From Raillietiella orientalis (taxonomy: Eukaryota), in contig JAYWIR010000016.1 in NCBI GenBank assembly GCA_036172245.1, positions 558,001 through 622,000 on the forward strand: a stretch of 64,000 bases of DNA. The letters run 5' to 3'. Positions 61,875 to 64,000 of this stretch are shown here, in pieces. The notes under the pieces are model-generated. The model searched no databases. It was not told the DNA's origin and worked only from the letters and a program-made list of their open reading frames with translations. Each line of letters opens with the position of its first letter. Within the stretch, counting starts at the first letter, position 1. Made by a program: the position numbers and the translations under genes.

Positions 61875-63775
61875 CCATGTCTCCCCTTTCTCCTTTTCCG
61901 GAGGGACCCACGGAAGGAGCTTCTCCTAATTTCTTCTCCGGAGGGAACCCCGAAAGGACTCTCCCTGTTACTGCTCTGAAGAAAACCCCGAAGGGACATT
62001 TCCGAATTCCTATGAGGGACGTTCCCCGAAGGGAGCATCGCGTTTCACTCAGGAGAGGCAACCCCGAGGGGGGTATCCAACTTCATGTTGGAAGGTCTCC
62101 CTCCGAGGGGACGGTTTTATTTTCACAACGGAGGAGAACCTCAAAGAGAACCGACTCCTTGATCCCTGGAAGGACCCCGGAGGGCCCACTTCCAATCCAG
62201 GGCAGTCAACGGGGACATCCGGTTTCTGACTTCCACCAGTGCCGCACCTGAAGCTTGAAGTCCAAGAAGCATCATCCTCTAGGAGGGGAATCGAAACTTG
62301 CGACACACCCTTTTTTCAGCTTCATCCTTTCTTTTCGCCCGGCCACGCCGGAGCGTTTGTTGCAAAAAAATATTTACCAAAAAAACAGTGACATCAAAAA
62401 TGTCCTTCTTTTTAGTGGGTACACATCACCACTGCGAAGGGAAATGCCGCCGCGGAGGAGCTGCTTCACGTGGGCAGCTCCCCGCTGAGGTCCGCACAGG
62501 AGGATTGGGGAAGGGGTAAACAAAAACAAAAAAACACACGCACAAAAGTTGAGTCTTAAAAAATGTGAGGGGGAAGGGATCGAGGATTTCTTCCTGGTGT
62601 CCTCAGCACCCTCCGGAGGACGTTGGCAACTTGCTCCTCTTGCTGGAGAGATGCGGCCTTCCTCACGAAGGTGCAGACGATTGGGACGACCTCATCACTC
62701 GAGTGGCCTTTCGAAGCAGCTTCTCGCCGCCACGATCCCACGAAGGCCGCACGGAGCTGCGAGGGAAGCTGCAGGAGACATCGAGTCGCGCGCGAAGAGG
62801 CGCAGAAAAAAACCTCTTTTCCGTTGCCCATCGGGAGTGGAGGGGTCGCAACGGAGCGTTTCCAGTTACTCGGGAGGGCAGCACAATCCAGCAACAGGTG
62901 CGGGAAGGTTTCCTGTTTCCCGCACCCGGCACAGTCTGAGGACTACATCCCCTCTTTTCCAACGGTGGACCCGTGCGTTGCTGGGATCGCCCTGTGCAGC
63001 GACTGCAATGCCGAGTCCTGCCATTCCAGGGGAAGCGTGGAGCTGTCCACAAACACCGGGGGTACTTCTGTCTCTTCAGGAAGAACGTGCAGGAGTTGCA
63101 CCAGTGAGGGGTTGTCTTGCTCTCCCTTTGGGGAGAGCGGCAGGGATGCATGCTCCAGCCAGTTGACGCGCCTTCCAGCATCCCAGCTGCTTCTTTTTTC
63201 CCACGATCTCGCAGAATACTTCCTATGTCGGAACTCCATCTCCATTTTGTTGGATTTTGATGAATCTAGGTGCAAGTGGATTGCTCAGTGCTCAGGTGGT
63301 CTTCCGTGCACAGTCCATGATTTCCTGCAACGAGCAGCGAGCGCAATTCGAGAATCACAGGCGTCGCGATGGCTCAGGTCCCACGCCTGAACTGTTTCCT
63401 GTCTTCAGGAGGCACAGTTGGCGGGCGGCAGGAAATCCATCTGTTCTCTTGGACCAAAGCAATCATTTGCCGGTAGCCGTACCGGGGCAGCTCTCGGTGG
63501 CCATGCACGAGGAGCGTACCCAGTCCCTCGGCGCCGACATGCTCGCTTGGAAAGAAGTCTGGCTGGAGCGCACCAGCGGGTGATCCAGAACTTCACCGCT
63601 AGGGCTAATCTTCTACACTGGAGCATCCGCTCCATCCTCTCCAGAGCCGAGTCCGGCGTCCCGACATGGAGCACACAAACCCTTCAAACGATAGGCGTCG
63701 AACCTTTACGGGTATTCGAACCCGCAACGCTTGGTACCATGAGCGGAGAGAGCAGCCACGAGGCAGCCAACGCGC
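61875..63775 (-). mobile_element. tRNA-headed SINE-like repeat, interrupted by a LINE at 62331-63693
   Basis: The minus-strand head ..gcgggttcgaatacccgtaaaggttcgacgcc ends at 63694. The body resumes at 62330 (aaaggatgaagc..gcttcaggtgcggcactggtggaag..ggggtccttccagg). Confidence 0.8.
62331..63693 (-). mobile_element. Tx1-like LINE, 5'-truncated (~1.36 kb)
   Basis: ERMERML..FW, LPSEHVGAEGLG (~LP..GGLG), WQDSALQSLHRAIP and CAGCGKQETFPHLLLDC (zf-RVT-type); the 3' end reads aaacgctccggcgtggccgggcgaaaa. Confidence 0.85.
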
Positions 63776-64000
63776 ATTCTCTCCCCTTTCTCCGATTACC
63801 GTGATGATCCCTTCTGAATTGTGTGATTGAGAACCATCTCCCTTCTGGGGAACAGAGCGGCTTTAACTGTTTTCCTTCTCTGAGGCAAGACAAGCTGCCT
63901 CTCTAGAGGCATGATCCTTGATCATTCTCCAAAGCAGGTATCAACATGGAAAAATCCCTCGATCATTCTGAGTGCTGAACTGACCCCACATCTCCAACTC

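Noticed and set aside
1..64000. CRISPR array, rRNA, functional tRNA or prokaryotic operon
   Set aside because: There are no regularly spaced repeats and no gene-dense coding structure; the tRNA-like segments lack complete cloverleaves and are SINE heads.

Overview
This is eukaryotic (animal, probably arthropod-like) DNA in which I found no intact protein-coding gene. Most of the 64 kb reads as nested, frameshifted remnants of non-LTR retrotransposons. (1) There are more than 20 fragments of restriction-like-endonuclease (RLE) elements, mostly Utopia/NeSL-like. I recognised them by eye from ordered motifs: RT motifs; QGK..SNHF..RFxDW..ARL; CCHC; RH; RPD; DV.VPFEN; K..KY; G.LG.W.P.N; SRDI. One fragment is joined directly to a 5'-truncated U2 snRNA at the known Utopia/Keno insertion point. 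(2) There are six 3' fragments of L1/Tx1-like LINEs that share a terminal hairpin. (3) There is a ~0.7-0.8 kb tRNA-headed, hairpin-rich SINE-like family. Two differently truncated Tx1-like copies sit at the same position in it, just after the B box, which makes it a candidate new target-specific LINE/SINE pair. One of these copies has a 15-bp TSD and a twin-priming inversion. (4) Mariner remnants and several recent local inverted or direct duplications are also present. All family calls come from manual motif recognition, not database searches, and the boundaries of decayed elements are approximate.
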